Source: Lama guanicoe
Taxonomy: Eukaryota
Assembly: GCA_013239625.1 (NCBI GenBank)
Contig: MU056134.1
Location: forward strand, 1,686,477 to 1,750,476
Reading direction: 5' to 3'
DNA length: 64,000 nucleotides
In this document: piece after piece, positions 24,621 through 38,009 of the stretch
Numbering within the stretch: the first letter of the stretch is position 1
How the letters are laid out: each line of letters opens with the position of its first letter
Translations under genes and position numbers: made by a program
Notes under the pieces: generated by a model
Databases searched by the model: none
Seen by the model: only the letters and a program-made list of their open reading frames with translations
What the model was told of the DNA's origin: nothing

Positions 24621-27499
24621 ACCAAGCACTGAGGACCCTGGAACCAATTAGCCTCCTCCCGCAACCCACTCCCAACCCCACCCTGACATGTGCCCAGGGG
24701 AGAAAAGCAGCTGAGGAAGCTCCCGGGTTTGCTGTTCAAGGAGAGCCCATCCCAGAATTGACGTGGTTCCCCTCGGTGAACCCTGCTCCCCGTCCATGAT
24801 CCCAGAAGCCGTCCCCTGCCCGACACTCTCCGTCTACCTTCCCCTGCCCTGTCCTCCTGGCAGAGTCTAGCATCATCTCTGGGACCCATGAACACACCCA
24901 GGTACCACTGCGGGGGAGGGTTTCCTCGTGCTGCCAGTCACATGGCTGGGATCAGAGCTCAGTTCGCTCAACTCCAAAGTAAAGATTTATCCTAGTCTCA
25001 CTACCCAACTTACCCGCGGGGCGGTTGGGGCCAGACTGAGTGTGTGCAAGGACGCAACCTCATGCCATTTCTAAAGTGGATGGCACCGTATACCAAGACA
25101 CGTACCATACACCAACACACCTTCCCCATGGGCCTCTCCCATCTCCATGCCTCAGTTTCCACACTCATTACAAGGTACACAGGTGGCCACTTTCCCTTCC
25201 CCTCCATCGGGGCTGGCTGTAGCCCCAAAGAGACCATTGCCCTGTCGCCAGCAGTAAGTTGTTTGCTGCTTCCAACACCCTCCTGCCTGCAAGATACTCC
25301 CAGCTGCACAACCTCCACCATAAGGCAAAGAAAAACAAAGCTCCCCAGCCCCCATGCCCACATTAGCACTGTTAGTTAAGTAGCAAAAGCACATTTTACA
25401 GATTATCTAAGCCAAAATTCCAACTGGGCTCTTCATGTTAACACCCGCCTCCACTCAGGACAATAGGTTCCTGGGGTTTTGCTAGAGCCAGCCCCTTGCC
25501 TCGCACACACCCAATTCTCATCAGATGTACCAGGCTGAGTAAATCGATACCTGTTTCGTGCTTGGCTGAGCAAAGGGCACTATCAGAAAAAAAGTCATGG
25601 GAAACTAGTAACTCTGGGGGCTCGAGTTCCCGGTGCACCTGAGGGATGCCATCCAATTCATCCCAACTCGGGCCGGCAGCCCCTCAAAGACCCCAACCCA
25701 CCCTGCCCCAGAGGGAGATGGCAGGAGGAAGGCTGCTGGGAGTTTCATTTCAGACTAACCTGCAGGAAGGGGATGTTTGCAAATTGCATGTTCTTTTCCT
25801 TCCTCATCTTCTAGTTAATGATTACCTAAATAAATGTTTCAGTCCCGAGTGATTCTAACAGTCAGTCCCCGAGCTCCAACAGCCTAATTATACACAGACA
25901 ACGCAGGGAACTGTGACACGGAGCAGCTCTCTTCCCCATAAACCGTATGTCAAAGAACACAACTGCCCCGCCCCCTTTTGCCAGCTGGGGCTGATGAACG
26001 GGGTGCTGGGGCAAATGCAGGCCCCACGAGGTCCGGGGTAAGGTCTGCCCATCCCTGGCGCCGCTGTCCTGGCTAGGGAAGCATTCGGTGGCAAATATAT
26101 TCCTACCAACACAGAGCACCTCAGCATCCACACCCGAACAGACTCCCAAAACACATGAAGGGACAACAAAGGGCTCCCCAAACATTCACATTCACCCTAC
26201 ACACAATCATCACTCACTCATGCAAACACACACGCCAAGTCCTTGGGAGGTTTATGGGCCCCCAAGGCAAGGACCATTCGCCAGCTGCACACGCCCTCCT
26301 GCTATAAACAGTTATCATCTGTTGCTGTTTGCAATTTGCCTGCGCAGTGGTCCCCTCCCCAAGAGCAGGCAGACAACAAAGGAGGAGCAGAGTGAAGGAG
26401 GACAAAGTTACAGCCTGATTCTCAGAATCCAATTCCTTTTCCACTCAAAGAGGTCCATGCATCCAGTGGACCTGTTGGAAACGGTCCTGGCGCCTGGCTT
26501 GGAAGGCTGGTACCACCTTCCAGACCTCCCTGAAGCTGTAGGCTGGGCAGGACAGAAAAAAGAAGAGGACCTTGTGATGTTGGGAACATGGGTTTCATTC
26601 CGACTGAGGACGCTATTATGCTGCCCTCCTTCCCCCACCCACCAAGGCCTGATCTCCCTAAGGGGATCTCCAGGGACCCCTGAGTGGTGAGGACAGCAGT
26701 GGGCGTGGTGTTGGGGCCCCAGCTCCTGGCAGCCTGATCCCCTGGGTCTACCCAGATGGCTTAGCAGGCAGCTGTGGGCTTGCCACCTCCCAGCCTACCG
26801 TCTGGTGTTGATGGAATAGGCCACAAGGGAGCCAGGTGAGCGATCTGGGAGGTCCAGACCCATAGCTGGGATCCGAGGCATCTCCTTGCCATGTGGACCG
26901 ATGCGGCTGAGACAGGTGATTGCAAAGCAGATCTATCTCAAGGGAGCTCTGGCTTCTTCCAATCCCAGACACTCTTCCAGGCCCCTTTCAGCTCCCCAAA
27001 GGGCAGGTGATATGCCTTGGTCCCAAGGCACAGCCCCGTTTACACTGAATTGGGAGTTCCTTTGGCCACATGGCTATCCAGAGGGAAGCATGAACTGGAG
27101 CCCTGGGAGTGACCAGTCTGAAAGGGCCGGCAGGAGATGAAATCATGACTGCTCTTCCAGGCCTACAGGACAGGCCACATCTACTGGAGAAGGAAGATGC
27201 ATTCGTGATTTTGGTTAAACCTATGTAGCTCATGCTGGGCACTCACCCTCCTGACCATCCTCTCCTAAATCCTCCAGGCAGCCTAGATCTGTTCTGCCCT
27301 GGGAAACCGTGTGCTGCATTCTGAAGGGAGCCTGGTGTCTCCATGGGGCAGGGCAGTCATGGGGTCCTAGCTAGGAGGATAGCCTGGTCGTGCACATGGG
27401 AGACCCCACCTCCAGCTGGAGTGGATGGGGTCAGTCTTCCTACACTTCGCCACTCCGGTCAGCTCTGAGGAATTCTGCACACCTTAAGCAACACAGTCT

Positions 27500-28920
27500 T
27501 TCAGCCTCCATCAGACAATCAATCTGGCCCCACAGCATCCCTGAAACTGCTCTTGTCAATGACACTAGTGACCTTCATGTTGCCAAATCCCAGAAGAACT
27601 TCTCATCTTCTTCCCTCAGAGTCACTTCCTCCTCCTTGCAGCCTCCTCTGCTCTGTGGAGATCCTCAAGGCTCAGCCAGGCACCCACCTCATCTCTGTCT
27701 CTGCTGTCCTCCCCAGCTACCCATCCATCCCCCTGGATTTAATTCCATCTCCATGCTGATACCCCCACACGAATATCTCCAACCTTGGCCTCTCCTTGGA
27801 CCTCCAATTAGCATCTCCAAATGTATACTTGATTTTTTTCCACTTTGCTGTCTCATGAGTCTCAAGCTCAGTGTGTCCAAAACAGAGACCTTCATCTTCC
27901 TACCTGAACCCATCTCTCTGCAGGCTTCTCCATCTCAGAAAACTAGGGCCAAAACCCACTCATTGCTCAAGTCCCATCTAGGGAAACTAGACGTCTAGAT
28001 TCCTCCCTTTCCCTTGCCTTCTACATCCAGTCCACCAACACCTCCTGTTGTCTTGACTTCCTCAATTTATATTTCTCCACCTCCACTGCCAACACCCTCC
28101 CAGGTTCAAGCCCCCTTCACTTTTTGCCCAGACTAGAGCTACAGCCTGCAGTCTGGTCTCCCTCCTTCCACTTCCTCTGGTTTATCCCCCAATTCTCCAT
28201 GTGGCAGCCGGATATGAATCCCATCACCCTGCTGAGTGGGATCCAACCCCTCCCCAAGACCCACAGGCCTGGATAGCTCTGCCTCTCTGCAGCCTCCCCT
28301 CGCTCACTCTGCTCCAGCCACACAGACCTTCTTTCTGTTCTTCAAAAGCACAGCGAGCTAGACAACAAGGACCTACTGCAGAGCACAGGGAACTAAATGC
28401 AATATTGTGTAATAATCTATAATGGAAAAGAATCTGAAAAAGAATAGACAGATAGATGTATAACTGAATCACTCTGCTGTACACCTGAAACCAACACAGC
28501 ATTGTCAATCAACTATACTTCAATAAATTGGAAAAAAAAAAAAAGCACAGACTCCTGTTATTTCCTGCAGCCAAACATATCCCTATTCCTTCTCATCCTT
28601 CAGGGCTCAGCTTAAATGTTACCTCCCCCAGGCCTTCCTTGAGCCCCCATTCAAAGCCACTTCTCCCTCCTATAGACACCATATTCTCGAATAGCACCCT
28701 TGAAATGATGGCTCTGCCCAAACCCCATGTTTGTGTCTCTCTTCAAGGCACTGATCAGAAGCTGCTGTGGTCTGACGACTTTCTTATCTACCGTCCATCT
28801 CCCTCACTGGACAGTAAGCTCCGTGTGGGCAGCAATCATGTCCGCCGGATTCCCCAGGCCCTAAAGCAGTCCGTAATCCATGGCAGGGGTTCAATAAACA
28901 CTTGCCAAGTGAATGAAGAG
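27500..28920 (+). mobile_element. L2 LINE fragment interrupted by an L1 tail
   Basis: ctgaaactgctcttgtcaatg..gaccttcatgttgccaaatcc; ends with ggacagtaagctcc...caataaacacttg..gtgaatgaa. Confidence 0.75.
28354..28543 (+). mobile_element. Short L1 3' tail
   Basis: aacaaggacctactg...actgaatcactctgctgtacacctgaaac followed by poly-A; exact TSD aaaagcacag. Confidence 0.88.
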
Positions 28921-30875
28921 ATTTCCCTGGCACTTCCGTGCATGGTGTTCTTGTGCAGGAGAGCAAGCAATACAAACTCCTGCTGGAGGAGTTCAGGGAA
29001 TGCTTCCTGGGGGAGGCAGCATCCAAACTGCCCCTCTGAGTGAGGAGATATGGAAAGGAGGGAGGCTGCAGGGTGAGGAGCGAGGAAGAAGTCCAAGTAA
29101 CAGAAGAGGGGCAAGCACGAAGCACATACAGGGAAAGCAATCAATCCTACTGGCGGAAGACCACCCATCACTGTCAGATGATCCCTACCAGGACACCCCC
29201 GCAGGGTCTCCCCTACCAAGTGTGGGGAGAGGCTCCCGAGTAGCCATTTGTGCACCTCCAGGCAAGAGGACACTGGCCTCCTTTCCTACCCCATACGGAG
29301 GGAGTGGGTCCCACCACCACCCTGTGTCCCACAGCTGCTGAGACTCCTGCTCCCCCTCGGGAGGCAGGGGGGCTGCCTGGGAACAAGCCAAGTGACACTC
29401 AGCATCCCGAGGGTAGTTCTGGGGCTCAACCTAAGGAGCTTCCCGCTGGCGGGCCCAAGGCTAGCCGACGAGGTGCTTTTGTGCGAATTAGAACAGGGCA
29501 CCCCTCTGGGTAGACCAATTGGAAGAAAGCATCCTTCTCTCTGGTCAGACACAGCCCCTCACAGGACACCTGGCTGGCCAGCAGATTGCCGATTTCACTC
29601 ATTCTCTGTGCTGGGTGCCCCACGAGTACATCCCCTCCACAGGGGCCCAGCCCACCACAGCCATCCCCCTTGCAGTCCAAGGCAGAATCTGGACCAGCTG
29701 CCCTCAGAGTCCCAGGCCCTCAACACTCCCCCCAGCTGAAGAGGCCTGGCCAGTCCCAGGGTCTCCCAGGAGCCTTGCCCAGGTGACCAAGGTGACAGTC
29801 CTCTAGGGGCTGAGGCCGTAACTGGCCTACCCCCACCCCCTTCCCGGTCCCTCACAACAGCTGATGGCCAATTCCCAGAAGAGAATTAGAGATTATCGGT
29901 GGGCTGGAAGGCCCTGGTTGGGTGTTTACCCTCCCAGGGATATTGAATTTTAAATATGTGTGCCTGTTTACGCTCCCTGCCAGAGCCTCGCTGGCGGCCC
30001 TGTAGCCAGGCAACACTATCTGACCTGGGGGACCAGGAGGGAACTTTCCATGCCAGGCAGGTCACCTGGGGAGGGTTATCTAAGCATGGCCGGTCTCAGC
30101 ACAATGAAGTGCCTCCCTCCCACCCCTGCCCACCCTCACCCCCAGGTGACCCCATATGCAAGACAGACGGTCCACTCTGACAGCAAGAAGCAGGGGGTGG
30201 CCCTGGGATGCAAGTGGTGACACTTAGAATGGGATCTGTTAGAAGCAGATCACCAGGATCTGGTGTCATTATCGACCTGGTGGCCAGCTCTGCTGTTTCC
30301 CTGCCAGCCAAACTGACAGCCAGCAAGCTGAAATTGCAGCAAGAAAGACTCAGGTTAGACGGGAGGAGGATGATCTCCATGTGTGACCACGGGAGGCAGG
30401 AAACAGCACCTCCTTTGGATAACGCCAAATCGGGGCTGGAAGCTCACGGGTCATGTTTTTTTCCTCACAGAGGGATTATCTTTCCACCTGGATGGGGGAT
30501 CAGCAAGTTGCTGACTGAAGGTAACAAAATCAAAGTCACATCTCAGCTCTAGCCTGATGCCATGATGGTTATGTGGCCTTCCTTTCTATGTGGAAAAGCT
30601 TAGGGACACGTGACCTGCCTACCATTTCAAGTCTCACGGTCGGGGGAGGACATCTGGAATCACATAATCAGTCATGGGCTCACAAAACAATGCAATCAGG
30701 CAGGTGAAGGGTCAGTCACAGAACTGTAGAATCCCACAGAAGGAAGACCTACTCTGTGTTGGGCCTCTAGGGTTTCCACTAGGAGATGAGTTAAAAGTCC
30801 CTCATTTTACAGATGAGGAACCCAGGTCTAACATGGCCCCACCTCTCCTACTGAATCATGAAGGGGGCCTGAGCT

Positions 30876-31245
30876 TGTCTTAAGCTGAATAATGCCCACC
30901 TACAAAAGATGCTCTTGTCCTTAATCCTCAGAATCTGTGACTATATGAGGCTGAGGGCAGCAAAGGGGAATTAAGGTGCAGATGGAATTAAGGTCACTAA
31001 TCAGCTGACCCTGAAATGAGATGAGATGCCTGGGTTATCCAGGTGGACCCAATAAAATCAAAAGAGTCCTTCTAATAGAAGGAGGCAGAGGAGAGAGAAT
31101 CAGAAAGATGTGAGCTTGGGAAGGGCCTAGCCCAATCAATGTTGCTGCCTTTGAAGACAAGGAATGGGGCCAGGAGCCAAGGAATGCAGGTGGCCTTCTA
31201 GAAGCTAGAAAAGGCAATGAAAAAATTCTCTGATTATCTTCCCAG
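30876..31245 (+). mobile_element. MLT1 (MaLR) LTR, partial
   Basis: gcagatggaattaaggt..ctaatcagctgacc, gggttatccaggtggaccc, gagccaaggaatgcagg. Confidence 0.8.
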
Positions 31246-33009
31246 TTCAACAAAAGGTCATCGAGCAGAAGCAGATGGAGATGTACAAGTCACAGTTCCT
31301 GCCTCCTTCCTCCCACAGCCCAGCTCTCCTGAATATGGAATAATCACCCCAAAGGGACCCTCCAATGTTGTCAGGAAACCCAACTGGACATCCACAGTGG
31401 GGTGAAGCCAGGGAGGCATAGGGGATCCAGTGGATTTTCAGAATCACCCTGATCCCCACAGCATCTCTGAGGAGAGATGCAATTCTGGCCCCCTGTGAGC
31501 CCCGGCCACCCACAAGGACCAGCCCTTGGGAAGGAAGAGTTCTAGAAACAGCAGCAGAGATCTGGCAAAAGTCCTAAACCCGGATGCGTTTAGGAGCCAG
31601 CGAGGACATGAAGCAAATAGGAGCTGGAGAGAACGCAGCCCTTCCAACAGTACTGAAATCAAGTTTTTAATATGATGGTCCAGCAGAGCATGTCTTTGGG
31701 CACATTGGGCCCAGACCTACCAGCTAGTGACCCTCAAAGGAGCAAACCCAACCCATCCACCTCGCCTCACCCCTTCCTGCCTTCTCCCACCTTCCATCTC
31801 TCCTCCCCTCTCCCCTCCTCTCCCCTCCCCACTTCCTATGTCCTCTCTCCCCAGTCCCTCCCCTTTTCCTCTCCTGCAACAGATGACATCACCCGGCCAC
31901 CCACCCCTCACTTCTGATTTCCCATTTACAGCCAACCAGCCATCATATTAGCATCTGACATTTCAGAAACTTCTCGGTCCTGCTGCCAAATCCAATCAGC
32001 TCAGCCATGTCATCTGCTAGCAAATCCAATTCACTCCCACAATGGGCTCGGCTCGATTTCCACGTGGAACTGAGTTGGGGTCCTTGGAAGGCTGGAGGTG
32101 CAGACCCGCTCAGCCTAGGCTGCTGTGAAGGGCACAGCTGTTCCCCTCAAAAGGAGTGTGTCAAGCCGTCCAAGGGGCCGAGCACGCAGACCACACCACC
32201 TCTCCTCCAAAATCACCTGGTTCTCCTGTTTCAAAGCAGGGAGCCGAATGCTATGTATAAAGTTTAAATAATTTAGCAAAAAACAAAACAAAAAAATTAA
32301 TGTCTCCACCCTCAAAGATTCGTTTGTTTGTATTTTTAAAAATCTTTTACCTCCTCTTTAGAGGACTCCTAAAGGAATTACTGTCTCTCCAGAGCAGAAA
32401 CATTTATCTACACTTCAGTGACTCCTGAGCTGCCTGGTTTTTTCTTCACTGGTTAAATGCAAATAAAATTGACTTCAACTCCTTTTGCTACAAATGAGCA
32501 CAAACAGCGTGATCACATTGATTTATGCCTCTTTGTGTGTGTGTGATGCCGAGATGTCTGGACGCTTAGCAAATGGGAAGGATGAATATGTCTGGATGGT
32601 GGCCTTCTTATTATGGTTTCATTTTGTGTTTTACTTTCTTTATACTTGACAATGGCTTAAATTGTTTATAACAAGCATGTGTCATTTTATTTAAAATAGG
32701 GTGTGGGGTGGGTTTTTTTTCCCCTGCCATTTACTTACAAAAATATCTTATAAAAATTCTCCAATACTGGGCTTTTTTGTTCAATGCCATACTCTCAAGA
32801 CTGGATCAGTGAAGAGCCATAAATCACCTATTATGAGTATGGATTATGCACCGGCCACTATGTTTTTATGAAGCATCTCCTCTGGGCCCCTTATGTACCA
32901 GGCCCTGTGACAGCAAGAATGGGAGAACACGCCCTGTCCCCGCAGGACACAGAGCTGGGGCTAAATTGGGCCAGTTCCCCTCAGCGCTGCCCCTGCAACG
33001 CTCGCCCCA

Positions 33010-33010
<1 letters not shown>

Positions 33011-33055
<45 letters not shown>
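33011..33055. repeat. Compound (CT)n(CA)n microsatellite
   Basis: Seen directly. Confidence 0.95.
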
Positions 33056-33154
33056 CTGCAGTCACACCTGAACGACATCCAACTACACAAGGATGAGCAG
33101 GTGCTGGCCTCACCAAGCTCCCATCAGGAGCTCCTGAGAGAGGGAAGTGCACAC

Positions 33155-33586
33155 TGTATGGGTTAAACGGTAGCCCCCACCACCCAGAAGATACGTCCAC
33201 GCCCAAGACTCTGTCAATGTGACCTTATTTGGAAAAAGAGACTTTTCAGGTGTAATTAAGTTAAAGATCTCGAGATGAGATCCAGGTGAATCCAGGTGGG
33301 CCCTACATCCTTATAAGAGAACCTCAGACCCAGAGAGGAGAGACGGCCATGTGAAGAGGCAGAGATGGAAGCATGCAGCCCCAAACCAAAGGAATGTCAG
33401 GAGCCACTAGCAGCGGGAAGGAGCAAGCAAGGATCCTCTGCCTCTGGTGCCTCTGAATGGGGCATGGCTCTGCCAACACGCTGGTCTCAGACTTCAGCCT
33501 CCAGAAGGGTGAGACAATAGATTTCTGTTGTCTCAAGCCATCAAGCTTGTGGTACTTTGTTACAGCACTCCTAGAAAATGAATGCA
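33155..33586 (+). mobile_element. MLT1B/C-like solo LTR
   Basis: TG...CA ends; gtgaccttatttggaaa, gacttcagcctccagaa, tttgttacagca. Confidence 0.85.
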
Positions 33587-35567
33587 GAGCCTAAGGCCCG
33601 AAACTCCATCTCCACATTCAGCCCAGAGCAGGGGCCCAGGGGTAAAAAGCCAGCAGGAGACGGACACACAGGAGGTACCTACTGGGGGGCTCAGAAGTGC
33701 GGGGGTGACTCCCTCCAGGAACAAACACAGAACCCACTGTCTACTGTCCCCTAAAGCACCAAACGCACTGGGCTTGAGTGGCAGGTCAATGATGACCCCC
33801 CAGGCGTGCACAGGGGTGGTAGGGGGAGGCAGGACACAGAATCTGGCATGACCCCGCTCATGAGCTAGTCTCAGTGCAGAAGAGTCTACGGCAGCTGGAA
33901 GAGAAGAGTGGGATAATCAATGCAACCACCCCATGAGCATTTAGCTCACTGTCCCCGATAACAGCCACAAGGAGCCTTTACCCACCCGTGTGGCACCTGT
34001 GTGGTGGCTGGTGCTTTCTGAAGCCCTTGCCCACAGGTTTCCTCCTGTGATTCTCTCAGGATCCCTATGGTGTGAGCTCAGTTCTACAAATGAAGGAACT
34101 GAGCTTCCTAGTAGTTGACAAACTGCACAATGTCACACAATTGGTTACTAAATCCCAGGACCAGGACTGGGGCTCTGTGCCCCAGACCCATCACAGGCCA
34201 TTAGGGAAGGCAGGACCCAAAACAAGCAGGGATGTCGTAGAACCAGGGGCTAAGTTATGAGGTAGGACTTCAAAGGCAGGTGGCATGACAAGGGCTAGAG
34301 CAGCCCCATCAGAGGACTAGGTTGGTGTTGTCTAGAAATATAGACTCATTTTAATACTAGCCACAGGCAAGAGGAATTAGGAAGGAATCTTCTGATGGGG
34401 ATAAACATGATAAAATGCCTTCCAAGGCCAGCCCTGGGACTCTCCATACCCTTGAATTATCCAGGTCTCCACTCAGTCCAATCCCAAAATCCTTCATGAG
34501 GACGCTGGCCTTGCAGGTTAGGTTCTCCCTGTCGCTGTGGGAACCACCTGGCCTGTGGACCATGACTGGCTCAGGGCAGCCTGACTCCAAGCGTTGGGAG
34601 AACGATCTGGAGGGACGCTCCCTCCCTAGAGACCCCTCCCCCAGATCCATCTGAATTTGCTGGGAAGGATCTTTGGTTTGGCCTTTTTCCAATACCCTTG
34701 CTGTCAACCACATTTATTAGGCAGGGTTTCGGGTCTGATACACTGGAATCAAGTGGGGCCGGTCACAGAAAATGCAATTTCAATTTTCGTTCATTGGGCA
34801 TGGAGAGGCACCTCAGCCGCGGGTACCAGGCAGCGTGGGAAATCAGGGAGTCCTGAGGAGGAATTACATTAACAACTGAAAAATCGGTGTACTTCCTTCC
34901 AGACTCACCCTCTGAGCATGGCTCTTCTCTGGAGAGGTAATAATGACTAATATTTCTGCAGCACATGCCACTTGCCTCTGTTCTAAATGATAAACATACA
35001 TCATCTCAATTAATCCCCATTACAACCACACACCGCAGGGACTCTCATATTCCTATTCTGCAAATGAGGGAACTGAGGCCCAGAGACAGCACACAGATAG
35101 GAAGTGGCAAAGCCTAACACAAAGCAGACTGGCTCCAGAAACCACTGTCTTAATTCTTGCTCAATATGGTGTCACCTTTTTGAGAAGGACTCAAAGTATC
35201 TGAGTCCAGGTCAAAGGAACTGATTAGCCTCCATGGTCCAGGAGACCATGTGGCCTGTCAGAGGCAAAGGGAGATGGACTGGAGGATCAAAAGAAAAGGG
35301 AAGTGGGTTCCCAGAGAGACTATTCTGGAAGCCCAACTGGCTTGTTCCCCCAAAACAAAGGAGAAGGAATGAGGCCCAGGTGGCCCAGATGCCTAATCCA
35401 AGGCCTGTGGCTTGGGCTCCATTAGCAATTTCTAGGAAGCAGGGTCTCCCTCTGGGGCCTTCAGCCCTGAAGGCTCCATGGGAGCAATGAAGGGACTCAC
35501 ATGCTGGTGGCTCCCAGTTCCCTAGAGAGAAGCCCTGACTGTATGTTTCTCAAGAGCTAGAACCATG

Positions 35568-35615
35568 TCATCATCACTATCATCATCATCATCATCATCA
35601 TCATCACCATCATCA
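35568..35615. repeat. (TCA)n trinucleotide repeat
   Basis: Seen directly, imperfect. Confidence 0.9.
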
Positions 35616-35986
35616 TACTTATTATCACAACCACTTATTGAGTCCCTACTGTGTGTTAGCTGCTTCCTGGTTTATCTCATTATTCCTCACACTCGCTCCT
35701 CCAGGTGCCTACTGTCCCTATTCTACAGGGGAAGAAACCGGAGATCAGGAAAATCAAGTAACAAGCTCATGTGATTCACCCAAAGCAGCCTGGAGTATGG
35801 TTAAGACTGCACAGGCTTCAGAGCCACACAGACAGACCTGAGTCCAAATCCTGGCCCTGCCCTCACCAGCTGTGGGACCTCAAGCAAACAACTTAACCTC
35901 TTCTGACAATTTCAATCAGAGATGCCAGAAGCAATTCACCTCAAATGTCAGCTCCAAATGATTGGCGGTGGCTGCCTACAGGGCTC

Positions 35987-36781
35987 TGTTGGAGAGGATT
36001 CTGAGACCACATCTAAACTCCTGGGCCAGGGTGCCGTGATGAGTTACTAACACCTGCCATAAGAAGGGGCCGAAGGCTGGAGTGATGGCACAAGTGTCAC
36101 AATGATCTAGAGAAACACCACGGCATGTGGAGACAACCATACACATGCACGGTGCATGAACACAGCCAGCAGATTTTTGACTAATGTACCAAAGCAACTG
36201 AAAGTCTTTTCAATGTCTGGATACCCAGACATTGGGGAATAAATGGACCTAGATACCTATGTGATCAGGCCACTCAAGATGCCTAGTCTCTTGCTCTCTG
36301 TACATCCTCCTGCTCGACCAGTCCCTGCCTCACCTACACCCTACTCACCTGACTGACTTTCCCTCTTAATCATAGAGTCTAATCAGTAAATGTCTACATA
36401 TTTGCCCCCCGACCCAGCTAGTGATTGTTCTAATCTTTAGATCGGAACACCTCCAATATGATAGCTTATCAAAGGGGCAAAGGAGCAGTGAGAGACACAC
36501 TCCTCTGATGGTTTCCTTGGTAACCAATGAGCCAACCTGATGTCAAGTCAATTCCCCCATAACTGGCAACCTCCCTCGCCCCCTGGTAGCGAAGCCTGCT
36601 ACCACGTCCTGCCCGCCGTCTGCCGCACATGGCAGGGTGTCTCTCCAGGACCTTGCTTCAGACGTGTAAGATCCCCCATCCATTAAACCATCGATGTTTA
36701 TGTCACTGACGCCAGGCTCCTTCCTCCATCTCAAGTCTGGGCAACTACAAGGCTTGCAGACCTGTGGGGAGCAGCCCAGCA
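35987..36781 (+). mobile_element. Probable ERV solo LTR (family unresolved)
   Basis: About 800 bp with tgttg...cagca ends and an internal ATTAAA signal followed by a U5-like tail; no internal ERV sequence. Confidence 0.55.
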
Positions 36782-36815
36782 ATGCCTATACCGTGCCACA
36801 CAATTAAATTGAGGT

Positions 36816-36935
36816 GGGGAGGGTATAGCTCAGTGGTAGAGTGCACGCTTAGCATGCACGAGATCCTGGATTCAATCCCCAGTATCTCCATTAAAATAAA
36901 TAAATAAACCTAACCCCACCCCCAAAAATAAATAA
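36816..36935 (+). mobile_element. vic-1-type SINE
   Basis: A and B boxes, taaa tail, TSD aaattgag(g/a)tgg. Confidence 0.88.
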
Positions 36936-37117
36936 AAATTGAGATGGATCTTAGATTTATAGCTCAAACCAGAAAGCTCCTAGAAGAAAATCTTTGTGAT
37001 ATGGAGTGAGCAAAGAATTCTTAAGACACAGAAAGCTAGAGACACAAAGTGGGGGAAAAAAATCCATAAATTGGACATCATCAAAATTAAAACTTCTGCT
37101 TGTCAAAGACGTTGTTA

Positions 37118-37235
37118 ACACAGGGCACTATAATGAAAAAGAATATGAAGAGGAATATGTATGTGTATAACTGAATCACTATGCTGTACACCAGAAATGA
37201 ACACAACATTGTAAATCGACTACAATTAAAAAAAA
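37118..37235 (+). mobile_element. Short L1 3' tail
   Basis: actgaatcactatgctgtacaccagaaa..acaacattgtaaatcgactac followed by an A-tail. Confidence 0.8.
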
Positions 37236-37375
37236 GGGGGGGAGGATATAGCTCAAGTGGTAGAGTGAATGCTTGGCGTGCAAGGGATCCTGGTTCTATC
37301 CCTAGTACCTCCTCTAAAAATAAATGTATAAATAAACCTAATTACCTCCCCCCGACAAAAAATTTTTTAAAAAAT
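37236..37375 (+). mobile_element. vic-1-type SINE in the A-tail of the preceding L1
   Basis: ggggaggatatagctcaagtggtagag...taaacctaattacctcccc. Confidence 0.85.
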
Positions 37376-38009
37376 GATATTGTTAAGACAAAGAATGAAC
37401 TTGTACCTGGAATATGTAAAGAATGCCGACAGGGAGAAAAACGACCCAATTTTAAAGAGGGAGAAGGGATAAAAGGTTAAGAATGGTCCACGAGCATATG
37501 AGAAAGTGTTCCACATCATTAGTCATCAGACAAAATGCAAATTAAAACCACAATGAACTACCCTGCCCTACACGCCCACTCAACTGGCTAAAATTAAATA
37601 GACTGACAATGGCAAATGATGGTAAGGATGTGAGGAAGTCAGAGCTCTCATAACATTGCCGATAGGGACATAAAATGGTACAAGCATCTGGCCAGAAGCT
37701 TGGTGGTTTCATATAAAGTTAAACATTCACCTCCCCTTTGACCCAGCCATTTCCCTCTAAGTATTTACCTATGAGAAGTGAAAACACACATCCAAAACAA
37801 AACAAAACTTAACATCAGCATATTGAGGGCATTTGGCTATTCGTTATAGCCAAAAATTGGAAACAACCCAAATGTCCCTCAACAGGAGAATAAACAAATT
37901 GTGCTAAATACATACAACAGTGACAAAAAGGAACAAGTACTGATACACCCAACTGCGTGGATGAATCTCACAGATGTTACGCTGAGCTGGACACAATGTG
38001 ATTCCTTTT

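Noticed and set aside
26088-27998. 200-aa and 202-aa + strand ORFs
   Set aside because: Non-ATG starts, low-complexity composition, overlap with L2; expected by chance in GC-rich intron
34909-34919. ATG CTC AGA GG|gtgagt as an alternative first exon
   Set aside because: Ends in phase 2, incompatible with the phase-0 acceptor at 8458
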